The translations under genes were made by a program, and so were the position numbers. The notes under the pieces were generated by a model. That model ran no database searches, was not told the DNA's origin, and saw only the letters and a list, made by a program, of their open reading frames with translations. From Candidatus Margulisiibacteriota bacterium (GTDB taxonomy: Bacteria; Margulisbacteria; Marinamargulisbacteria; JBFWNS01), in the NCBI GenBank assembly GCA_050250935.1, contig JBFWNS010000003.1, forward strand, positions 1 through 64,000: a stretch of DNA of 64,000 bases, written 5' to 3'. Positions 47,081-55,608 of the stretch are shown in pieces. Every line of letters begins with the position of its first letter. Position 1 is the stretch's first letter.

Positions 47081-48301
47081 TTACGGATCAGACTTTTTAA
47101 AAAATTGAGGGTTTAGTACGATTTCTCTAGAGAACTCACGTAGTAAGTTATAGCCATCCCAATGAATATGGAAGTCTAAGGCTGTGCCTATAGGAACAAA
47201 TCTAGAGAATCCTCTGGGAGGATGGTTTTTGATGGTGTTTAGGATGTCTTCTTTTGAAAATCCAAATAGTGTCAATGTTTGGTCTTTAGGGGTTGAATGG
47301 ATAAATAAGTCCGCTAAAGATGGACTTTCAACCTCATAAAATAACCCTTCTCCACAGTGTCGTTCTCGATCAATATCTGAAATGGAGTTGAATGCAAGCC
47401 TAACAACCGTGTTGGTTTGTTCAACAACTTTAAATGTTGGATTATTAATGGCTAATGTATGGGTTGTTGCTAGCTTTGAAAGAACGCCAGAGGATGAAAT
47501 ATCTCGATTTTGTGTTGTTAGTTTTGAATGAAGGGCTTTCCAAAACTTGGTTTTGGCTTCAGTGCAGTCACTAGGAGTTCCTACCCAATAAACAAGTTTT
47601 GGGGAAGAACAGCCCAGTTGATCAAAAAAATAGGTGTCTGCAATAAATTTGGAGATAAGATCTTCTGTGTTTTTTTCGATACAATAATTTTTTGCCTGTA
47701 TTGCGCAAGCTGAAAATTTGTCTGAAAAAACGATTTCTTTAGCATGGGCTGGGAGCTTGCAAGATCTAATTGTTGAAATCGTTTGGTCACCGCCCCAAAT
47801 GGCTCGCATATCACAGATTGCGCTGAGGGCTTCCGTTGTTTGGGTGTCATGAGGATAAGAAATAATCATATAGCGTTTGCAAAAAGCTGTGAATTTGGGA
47901 TCCTTTTCCAAGTGGTTAAGCGCATTGATTAAAAGATCCATTTGGGTACTTTTTTTACTGGAAACTCTTAAGATATTTTTATTGCCCACTAAGGCAGAAA
48001 TAACCCAAGAGTAGATAAAAATAGTATCTACATTGGACGGAGCAATATGGAAAACGATCCCTCTGGCAAGAAAAAAGGTGTCTTGTGTAGGTTCAAGATT
48101 ACGTTGAAGTTTTTGGAGGTTGCCTTTTCTTAACCAAAAGGCCAAAGCAATCAATTCGGGAAAAGCTTGAAACTTTTGTTCTGTGAAAAGATGATCAGAA
48201 AGATTGGAGAAAAAGTCGATGGTTGTAGGATCGAATGGCCTTGTTACAGGACTTTCTTGGATCATCGTAATGGATATATTGGGCGGGGATAAAATGTTCA
48301 T
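47081..48301 (-). CDS. LuxC-like acyl-CoA reductase
   Basis: RGIVFHIAPSNV, IWGGD.TI, FDQLGCSSP catalytic Cys, WDG. Confidence 0.85.
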   Translation of the reverse strand: MNILSPPNISITMIQESPVTRPFDPTTIDFFSNLSDHLFTEQKFQAFPELIALAFWLRKGNLQKLQRNLEPTQDTFFLARGIVFHIAPSNVDTIFIYSWVISALVGNKNILRVSSKKSTQMDLLINALNHLEKDPKFTAFCKRYMIISYPHDTQTTEALSAICDMRAIWGGDQTISTIRSCKLPAHAKEIVFSDKFSACAIQAKNYCIEKNTEDLISKFIADTYFFDQLGCSSPKLVYWVGTPSDCTEAKTKFWKALHSKLTTQNRDISSSGVLSKLATTHTLAINNPTFKVVEQTNTVVRLAFNSISDIDRERHCGEGLFYEVESPSLADLFIHSTPKDQTLTLFGFSKEDILNTIKNHPPRGFSRFVPIGTALDFHIHWDGYNLLREFSREIVLNPQFFKKSDP

Positions 48302-49366
48302 TTATGGGGTATTTCCGTTGATAAAGGTATCGCTGCATCCTCGGACTTCAGCTTTTGGCAACCGTCCTTGCACATGAAAATAGGTGCCCATACGCCCGCA
48401 AGGGCAGGAGTCTACTCCATATTTAACGCCAATATCTTCTGTTAAAATGGCGTGGCCCGGATAGCTTGTTGGTAGTACAGAAAGGGTTTCTAATAAGCCA
48501 CTTTCACCATTGGGTTGAACGGCTAATGTTTGGGGATGTCTTACCAAAACATCGGCAAAGATGGGGGCATGTAAATAACCATGACTACATTCCGTAAAAA
48601 TTGATCCTACCTGTTCGGCCATTCCGTAGAAATTAATGCAGTTTTCTAGACCAAATTTGTACTTTAATTTTTCTTTAAAGGTATCGTTGCTGACGGCTAG
48701 TTCGATTAATTTTTTCCAGCCGCCACTATGAAATAAAATAGCTTTGCTGAGATCAACTTTTGTTTCTAAACCGAGGTATAAATATTGCCAAATCATAAAC
48801 GTAAATCCGAAAATCAGCAAAGGTTGATTAGGATGTTCTTTTAAGAACTCAATGAGTCCATTTTTATCAACCTGCATATCCTCTGTTAAAAGAAAAAAAT
48901 GATGATGCCCAAAGTTTGAAAAACCAGAAATACCTGCGGCTCTTGCTGAAAATTTTTTTTGACTGAAAACACTTTTGGAATCGACAATAATCATGGGGAG
49001 ACGCTGTTTCCCAGTGTAACTTTGAACAATACTGGTTAGAGCTTTAACCTGGCTAAGCGAAGTTTCTTTGTCTAAGAAAATTTTAGAAGATGTTCCAGTA
49101 GTTCCAGAAGATTCTAAAATTCTTACAATGGCTGAATCGGGAATGCTTTTGAGAAGATGCTGTTTAAAAAGTGAAACCGGAAGATAGGGAACCTCTGCAA
49201 TTGTGGCTGGTGAGGCATTAAAATGGTCGTACACGGTTGATATTCGTTGATAGGAAAGGCAGTTTTGTTGGTGTAATTGGATAAGGTGTGAAAGGGCGTT
49301 CAGTAAAAAGGGCTGTTTTTTTTCGCTTTTTAGGCCAAATGGGTCTTGATCAAAAGAGAAAGTCAT
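48302..49366 (-). CDS. LuxE-like acyl-protein synthetase
   Basis: PYLPVSLFK, SSGTTG, HSGGWKK, FYGMAEQ, SYPGH.ILTED, RGCSD. Confidence 0.88.
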   Translation of the reverse strand: MTFSFDQDPFGLKSEKKQPFLLNALSHLIQLHQQNCLSYQRISTVYDHFNASPATIAEVPYLPVSLFKQHLLKSIPDSAIVRILESSGTTGTSSKIFLDKETSLSQVKALTSIVQSYTGKQRLPMIIVDSKSVFSQKKFSARAAGISGFSNFGHHHFFLLTEDMQVDKNGLIEFLKEHPNQPLLIFGFTFMIWQYLYLGLETKVDLSKAILFHSGGWKKLIELAVSNDTFKEKLKYKFGLENCINFYGMAEQVGSIFTECSHGYLHAPIFADVLVRHPQTLAVQPNGESGLLETLSVLPTSYPGHAILTEDIGVKYGVDSCPCGRMGTYFHVQGRLPKAEVRGCSDTFINGNTP

Positions 49367-50784
49367 TATTGTGCCAAAAAAGAGTGGAAGAGTTGATCAT
49401 AGTTGATTTTACCATAATCGTTTCTTGGGTAGGAATGGACATATTCCAGTGTGTAAGAAACAGGACTAATTTTAAGAACAGAGCTTAGTAACTGTTGGAG
49501 TTTAGGTTTATCGTCTGGGTCAGTAAAGGTAACAATCAAAAGATCATCTTTTCCACCACAAGCAGCGTCTATTTTAAGTGACGTTTGAATCCGTTTTTCA
49601 AGTTCATCAAGACCGATTCTTACCCCAGAGACTTTAATAAATCTGGATTTTCGGCCAACAATGTATAAAAGACCTTCTTCATCAAATTGTCCGATATCGC
49701 CAGTATAGAGGGTTCCATTGAGCTCATCTTTTAAACTTAAACTGTGAGCATTCGTTGCATAGCCCATCATAACATTGGGGCCAGAATAAACAATTTCGCC
49801 AGGCTCGTTTGGTGCTAAAATTGTTTGCTTTTTATCGTCGATTAGATGGATAGTTCCTCCTGGAATCGTAATACCGACGCTCGTAGGATGCTCCAAGATT
49901 AATTGGGGTGGAACGTAGGATATTCGAGCGGTGGCCTCGGTTTGTCCGTACATTACAAAGAAGCGGCAATTTTTTTCTTTTGCTTTTGTTGCAAGTTCCT
50001 GTACTAGCGATTTGTTCATTTTTCCACCGGCCTGTGTCCAGGTTTTAATACTGGGGTAATCTTTTTCAAAAAAACCAATCTTATGGAGAATGCTATAGGT
50101 ATAAGGAACCCCTGAAATAGAGCTACAGTTGTGTTCTTCTGCAAAGGACCATAAATTTCTGGATAATACAGAGTCATTGCTAAGCAACAGGGTTGCCCCT
50201 ACCAAAAGGTGGCTGTTTATAATCGAGAGGCCGTAAGAATAGTGCATGGGGAGCAACGTTATCGGTCTTTCGGTGCTTGTCAGGGATAGATAACTTGCAA
50301 TAGAGACTGCATTTTCGGCTAAGTTTTTATAGCTCAGGCGAACCATTTTTATGCTTCCGGTACTGCCAGAGGTTGGTAAAATAAGGGCTAAATCTGGGTT
50401 TATGTTATAGGGAGTTGATGCTGGAAGCTTATAAAGCGTAAAGCTGTTAAGTCGTGTAAGAGGGGTGAATCGGTTATCAAAATTTTGTGATGTCCAAATA
50501 AACTGGGGCAAAAATTGAGTTAATAAGGTTTCAAAATAGTCATTTTCCACTTGTTGAGGGAGCAACATAAGGGCTGTTTTGCTTTGAAGTGCTGCCAAAT
50601 AACCGACTATAGCGGAGGTCGAATTGTTGGCCATAATCAGCATTAAGCTTTTTTCTTGTGGTAACAGCTTTGCTAAATTTGTGACATGGGTATTGAGCTC
50701 TTCATAGGTTGTGGATTGCCGGTCTTGATCAATAAGTGCAGTTTGGTTCGGGATAGCGTCTTTGAATTGCCAAAAGGAGGTCAT
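49366..50784 (-). CDS. AMP-binding acyl-CoA/acyl-ACP ligase
   Basis: PTSGSTG..K, MYGQTEATAR, LYTGD, GRKSRFIK. Confidence 0.9.
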   Translation of the reverse strand: MTSFWQFKDAIPNQTALIDQDRQSTTYEELNTHVTNLAKLLPQEKSLMLIMANNSTSAIVGYLAALQSKTALMLLPQQVENDYFETLLTQFLPQFIWTSQNFDNRFTPLTRLNSFTLYKLPASTPYNINPDLALILPTSGSTGSIKMVRLSYKNLAENAVSIASYLSLTSTERPITLLPMHYSYGLSIINSHLLVGATLLLSNDSVLSRNLWSFAEEHNCSSISGVPYTYSILHKIGFFEKDYPSIKTWTQAGGKMNKSLVQELATKAKEKNCRFFVMYGQTEATARISYVPPQLILEHPTSVGITIPGGTIHLIDDKKQTILAPNEPGEIVYSGPNVMMGYATNAHSLSLKDELNGTLYTGDIGQFDEEGLLYIVGRKSRFIKVSGVRIGLDELEKRIQTSLKIDAACGGKDDLLIVTFTDPDDKPKLQQLLSSVLKISPVSYTLEYVHSYPRNDYGKINYDQLFHSFLAQ

Positions 50785-50788
50785 CTTT

Positions 50789-51541
50789 TTAAACAATCAT
50801 GCCGCCATCAACCCCAATCACTTGTCCAGTAACGTAGGTTGATAGATCGGACAATAAAAATAAAGCACAGTTTGCAACCTCTTGGGGTGTTCCAATGCGC
50901 TGCATCTTGATAGAGGCTAACCGTTCTTGATATATGGAGTCTGGTAGTGTTTGGGTCATATCTGTGTCAATAAAGCCTGGTGAAATGGCATTGACACGGA
51001 TACCCGATGACGCGAGCTCTTTGGATAAGCTTAGAGCGAACCCAATAATTGCTGCTTTGCTAGCACTGTATCCAGATAATCCTTCTTTGCCGTTTTGCCC
51101 CATAATTGAGCTAATCATTACAATGGAACCATGTTTGTTTCGTTGCATTAGCTTTGCGCTATATTGTGTGCAATAAAAAGTACCATAGACATTGGTTTTG
51201 AACATGTCTTCTAGACTTTGTGAGGTTTGCATTTGTAAAAGCGCTGGGGTAAGGATTCCTGCACAATTTACTAGGCCATCCAGTTTTCCTGAAGAAGTAG
51301 TCATGAGTGTAGAAAACGCATCCCGTACAGCTTGGGGGTCAGAAATATCAAATGTTAGGGGGAAGAGACGTTTGTCTTCAACTGATTTTGAGCATGTTGA
51401 TAAAAGGTTTTCTAAAGAGTTTTCGTAATGCGCGGCAGCAAAAACAGTCGCTCCTTGTGCTAAAAGCAGTTTTGCTGTAGCAAATCCAATTCCCCTGCTT
51501 GCACCTGTTACAAAAATGACTTTGTTCTTTAGGCTAGTCAA
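50789..51541 (-). CDS. SDR oxidoreductase (FabG-like)
   Basis: TGASRGIG, NCAG, YSASK, PGFIDTDM, VDGG. Confidence 0.9.
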   Translation of the reverse strand: MTSLKNKVIFVTGASRGIGFATAKLLLAQGATVFAAAHYENSLENLLSTCSKSVEDKRLFPLTFDISDPQAVRDAFSTLMTTSSGKLDGLVNCAGILTPALLQMQTSQSLEDMFKTNVYGTFYCTQYSAKLMQRNKHGSIVMISSIMGQNGKEGLSGYSASKAAIIGFALSLSKELASSGIRVNAISPGFIDTDMTQTLPDSIYQERLASIKMQRIGTPQEVANCALFLLSDLSTYVTGQVIGVDGGMIV

Positions 51542-51791
51542 AAGATATCCCGTATTTTGTTAAAATTTCTTGTGCTTTTAAAAAGGAACTCATGTCGATA
51601 ATATCTTCTGTTTCTAGAAGAATATTGTATTGTTTTTCAATGGATGCAACCAGTGTCATGTGGCTTAAGGAGTCCCATTGAATTCCTTGCTCTGGTGTGT
51701 TGTAACTTAAACTATCTTTAATCAGTGAAACATCTACTTTTAGTGTGTCTGCAAATATCTGTCTGAGTGTTTCCGCATTTTTTGATTTCAT
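51534..51791 (-). CDS. Acyl carrier protein
   Basis: 85 aa, acidic; WDSLSH phosphopantetheine site. Confidence 0.88.
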   Translation of the reverse strand: MKSKNAETLRQIFADTLKVDVSLIKDSLSYNTPEQGIQWDSLSHMTLVASIEKQYNILLETEDIIDMSSFLKAQEILTKYGISFD

Positions 51792-51830
51792 AAATTGGGC
51801 TCCAATAGTGGTATATTTAGAGGCAGGATT

Positions 51831-51880
51831 CTAGCACACCGCCGTGATTCGTTCTACAATTTGGCAGGTGCCTTGGCCGT
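51831..51880 (-). pseudogene. Relic 3' end of a PseG/SpsG-like gene (direct repeat of 53024-53073)
   Basis: 44/50 nt identical; encodes GQGTCQIVERITAVC* versus GQGTSRIVERIAALC*. Confidence 0.85.
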
Positions 51881-51909
51881 ATATGAGTCAATTTTTGACT
51901 TATTTTGGT

Positions 51910-52977
51910 TTATAAGTGTACAGGGGCTCCCCCACGTCCGTTGGGTTTGTAAGTGGGGCTAATGAGTGCTGCCTTTATTTTGTGGTGGTATCGGGGATGC
52001 GCTGTTTTGAAGAGCTGATTAAGGTCTCTTTTGGCGAGTTCTTTGTGATCAGTATAGGCAAGCATGGCTGCACAGTGTAGGCGAGTAAAGACTTGAGCAT
52101 AGTTGTCTTGACGTTGTATGGCACTATGATAAAGGTGGTTAAACGTCTCTTGAATCTCATCGATTGAAATACTGTAGGGCTCATCTGGAAAGTGAGATTC
52201 TATTTGGTCTTGGCTCAATGGTTTTATATATCGAAAGGTATAGGTATCATCCACAAATGAGAGCAGTTGAAAATGATCTGAAAAAACCGCCATGAAAAAG
52301 GAGATCCAAAAACAGGTATAACAGCCATAATCCTGAAAAATAAAATAGCCACCTAAAACGGTGCTTTCTATCACTTCTTTCATAAAAAATTTGGTAGAAT
52401 ACCAAGATTTACAGCCATCTACAAAAACAGCATCAAACAAAACCCCTTGTGGAGCTCTAAAAATGGCAGTTCCATTGGCTTCAGAAATAGATTCTGGCAA
52501 ACTTTTATCTTGAATTTCAAGTAAATGGTAATAATTCATTTTCTCATGAAATTTATTGAAGATCTGTAGGAATCCATCTGAAGATAGAGATTGAAGAAAT
52601 TGAGAATCCAACCTGCCCTGAAGAAATCCCTTTAGTTGGTCAGTGCTGTAATAATTTCTAAACCGATCAAAGGTGATGAGTTTGGCTTCAGAATTTGCCA
52701 TCGGATTCGCCATCATGCCCATTGCAATTGCACGGGTGGTTCCCCCTAGAAATGGGCCCACCTCCAACACGGCATGGCGACCCGCCCACAAGTTTTTAAA
52801 AAAGAAATATAAGAAAGCTCTTTCAGACAGGGTGGTCTCAGTGGGAATACCCTCTAGCGCATCTAGAACGGGTTGAGAAATGGAAAGATCTAACCGAAAA
52901 TTATTGGGCTTGATGAGAAAAGGAGTTCTTTTTTTAGAGTTAATAGCGGAAAAGTAATACTTCACCAAATGCTTCAT
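51910..52977 (-). CDS. Class I SAM-dependent methyltransferase-like protein
   Basis: VLEVGPFLGGTT motif I, TFD, VFVDGCKS, GGYFIFQDY. Confidence 0.75.
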   Translation of the reverse strand: MKHLVKYYFSAINSKKRTPFLIKPNNFRLDLSISQPVLDALEGIPTETTLSERAFLYFFFKNLWAGRHAVLEVGPFLGGTTRAIAMGMMANPMANSEAKLITFDRFRNYYSTDQLKGFLQGRLDSQFLQSLSSDGFLQIFNKFHEKMNYYHLLEIQDKSLPESISEANGTAIFRAPQGVLFDAVFVDGCKSWYSTKFFMKEVIESTVLGGYFIFQDYGCYTCFWISFFMAVFSDHFQLLSFVDDTYTFRYIKPLSQDQIESHFPDEPYSISIDEIQETFNHLYHSAIQRQDNYAQVFTRLHCAAMLAYTDHKELAKRDLNQLFKTAHPRYHHKIKAALISPTYKPNGRGGAPVHL

Positions 52978-53023
52978 GTTCTTTCCTTGAGAAGTTTAGA
53001 GTGGGGGATATGCGAACCAAACT

Positions 53024-54004
53024 CTAGCACAAAGCCGCGATTCGTTCCACAATTCGGCTGGTGCCTTGGCCGTCGATCAGGTTGCCGATGGCTTTGGATT
53101 CTTCTTGGGAACCCACGGTTAGGAGTTCGGATTTGATGGCCAATCGGAATTGTGTTTCGGTTAGGTTTTCGTGGTACCCCAGGGTGGTGATGCCCGGTAG
53201 CTTGGCCAATCGTTTTTCGTCGGGTTCATCGGATTTAAAATTGCTGATGACCACCACAGGGACTTTCATGACGGCGGCTTCATAAATCGAGGTGCCAAGT
53301 GTTGTAATAAACAGAGAAGCCAATCGCAAATATTGACTTAAATCCGAGCAGTTTTCGTGAAAAATAATGCCGGTTTCTTTGGTTTTTTTAAGGGCCCGAA
53401 CATTTTGAAACCCGGGGCCAATTATCACATCGACTTTGATGCCCAAATCGTAGAGCCAAGGGACAAGTTTTAGGGTGAGGTTGTTGGGGTCGGTGGCGCC
53501 CATGGAAACCATAAGTCGGCTTCTGTAGTTGTGGTGGGCAAGCTTGTTTCTGGCTTCGATGAATTTCGGGTGAATGATGGTGTATGGGGCGCCACCCAAT
53601 ACTTCGCCATCAAACCCTGTCCAATCCAAGGCCTTAAAATCAAAATGAGCGTTGGGATAGATGACCAAATCGGCCAAAAATCGAGACTCGTTTAAGCAAT
53701 CAATTAAAACCAGTTTGATGCCCAAGGATTTGGCATAGCGCAATTCGTCGGATAGTGGGGCTTTGGTGTCGATAATCAGAACTTGGGGTTGGGTGGCATC
53801 GATAAAGCTTTTGAAACCCTCGAAATCGAACATAGGGGTGTGTAGAACGTTTCTGTCGCGCAAGGCACCCAAGACAACAGGATCTGGGTTGACGAGGCAA
53901 TGGCAGGCCATGTTGTTTTCTTTGAGGGTGTCCATCAAGGCCAAGGTTCGAGACAAGTGTCCCAACCCCGTTTCTTGGGAACCGGTCGTGTAGAATAAAA
54001 TCAT
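53024..54004 (-). CDS. Second PseG/SpsG-like GT-B protein
   Basis: GLGHLSRTLAL, SMGATDPNNLT, IIGPGF, GTSIYE, IDGQG..RI. Confidence 0.8.
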   Translation of the reverse strand: MILFYTTGSQETGLGHLSRTLALMDTLKENNMACHCLVNPDPVVLGALRDRNVLHTPMFDFEGFKSFIDATQPQVLIIDTKAPLSDELRYAKSLGIKLVLIDCLNESRFLADLVIYPNAHFDFKALDWTGFDGEVLGGAPYTIIHPKFIEARNKLAHHNYRSRLMVSMGATDPNNLTLKLVPWLYDLGIKVDVIIGPGFQNVRALKKTKETGIIFHENCSDLSQYLRLASLFITTLGTSIYEAAVMKVPVVVISNFKSDEPDEKRLAKLPGITTLGYHENLTETQFRLAIKSELLTVGSQEESKAIGNLIDGQGTSRIVERIAALC

Positions 54005-54567
54005 GATGATCCTTTTTTTGGGGGCGTGGTAATCCCGCCCGAGACGATAAATGTAATGGCTTTGGAGCGGTCAATATGTACCTGGGTTACGGCGTTTGCG
54101 GGGACCAGAATGGTGTTGCCCGCAAAGTTATAGGATTGGGGTAAATACACCGCAACGTGGTTGTTTAGCCCCAGAAAGTTAAGATCTCGGTTTGTAATAA
54201 ACCCCATCACTTGGATGTTGTCGACCTGGTTGAGGGTGACCAAGACCGGGGTATCAAAACCTTTGTTCTCCCCAAAAAAAGCGTTCAACATGTCTTTGAT
54301 AGAGGTATATAAAATTTTAATTAAAGGCAAACGGCTGAACTGTTTCTCAATAAAATCGAAAGCCGTTTTGGTTAAAAAATTGGACCCCAAAAGCCCAATT
54401 AAGGTAATGGAGCTGACGGTTAAGAGAAACCCAAGGCCTGGAATGGGAAGTGGGAATAAATCATCAAGCTTTGTAAAAACGGTGTACACAATAAACAAAG
54501 AACCGCCGATGGGGGCAGAAATCAGCAGGCCTTTGAAAAAATATTCCAGGATTTTTTTCATTTCCAC
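54001..54567 (-). CDS. DUF502 membrane protein
   Basis: YFFKGLL, RLPLIK.LY.SIKD, AVYLPQS.NFAG, FIVSGG. Confidence 0.9.
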   Translation of the reverse strand: MEMKKILEYFFKGLLISAPIGGSLFIVYTVFTKLDDLFPLPIPGLGFLLTVSSITLIGLLGSNFLTKTAFDFIEKQFSRLPLIKILYTSIKDMLNAFFGENKGFDTPVLVTLNQVDNIQVMGFITNRDLNFLGLNNHVAVYLPQSYNFAGNTILVPANAVTQVHIDRSKAITFIVSGGITTPPKKGSS

Positions 54568-54585
54568 TTCAGCTTACCTGGTCAG

Positions 54586-55608
54586 ATGGCCCTGTTCAAG
54601 ATTATGATGGGGCCTATGTCCGAATTTGCTGTGGTTTTAAGCGATAAAGTCGGGGATGCCTTAAACGAACAGGGGTATACCCTGATCCATTTTTTAAAGG
54701 TTTTTTTTAAATCGTCCGATGTTCAAGTGGTCTCGACCCAGGATGTTCGGCAGCTGCGTCCGACAACCTGGCTATTTTTATTTTTACCATCTTCGCTGGT
54801 GCCAGACAATTTGGCTGGGCTTCGGTTTAAACATCTGGTGTTATGTGATTATTTGGACAGCATTATTTTGTCGGGCTATACCACAGACAATTTGTCCAAT
54901 TTCCGGAAGTTGGCTTGTGGCTATTTACGAACGGCTTACCGCAGGGATATCAACTATGGTATTCCCATGGGAACCCTGCCACTTCGCATGCCAACGGTGC
55001 TTCAGCACCAGTGGGGGATTCCTGTAAAATCGCTTGCAAGGCGACAGTTTGATGCTATTTTTTTAGGGGTTCCAACCTACAATTCAGAGTCTGGAGTGGC
55101 GTATCATCAACGGGTGGAGTGGTTGCTAGAACTGGTCGGAAAATGCCGATTTTTTGGGGGGCTTTTGGATTCGCCAACCTATCCCAGAGCCGATCTCGAA
55201 GCCATTTTTGGTGATTTAAGTGCGATTTATTTTAAGGGCAAGCCGTTGAGCCCTTTTTTGTTTAGTCATTATTTGCGTCAATCGAAGGTGGCTTTGTTAC
55301 CCACGGGCCATTCCCGGTGGACCTATCGCCATTACGAGGCCGTGTATGCAGGTTGTGTGCCGGTGTCTACGGATGTTGCTGGTATCCAAACCTTTGTTCC
55401 TTTGCCCACTGCTGCCGTGATGGTGCCAGATCATGCCCCCTTGCTTCCGACACTAAGGGCTATTTTGGCGGATTTGGCGGGGTATCAAGACTTCGTGAAT
55501 CAACACCTGACTGAAATGTCGAGGTGGTTACATCGTGGGCAATTTAGCCAAAAGCAGCCAGAAGCTCTACACCGATTTATGGCACAGTTGGACGGTTTTT
55601 TAGCTTAA
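54586..55608 (+). CDS. Putative glycosyltransferase (GT-B-like)
   Basis: YLRQSKVALLPTG..WTYRHYEA..AGCVPV pattern; start uncertain. Confidence 0.5.
   Translation: MALFKIMMGPMSEFAVVLSDKVGDALNEQGYTLIHFLKVFFKSSDVQVVSTQDVRQLRPTTWLFLFLPSSLVPDNLAGLRFKHLVLCDYLDSIILSGYTTDNLSNFRKLACGYLRTAYRRDINYGIPMGTLPLRMPTVLQHQWGIPVKSLARRQFDAIFLGVPTYNSESGVAYHQRVEWLLELVGKCRFFGGLLDSPTYPRADLEAIFGDLSAIYFKGKPLSPFLFSHYLRQSKVALLPTGHSRWTYRHYEAVYAGCVPVSTDVAGIQTFVPLPTAAVMVPDHAPLLPTLRAILADLAGYQDFVNQHLTEMSRWLHRGQFSQKQPEALHRFMAQLDGFLA

Noticed and set aside
47081..49366. Bioluminescence (lux) operon
   Set aside because: No luxA, luxB or luxD; the context is glycan biosynthesis.
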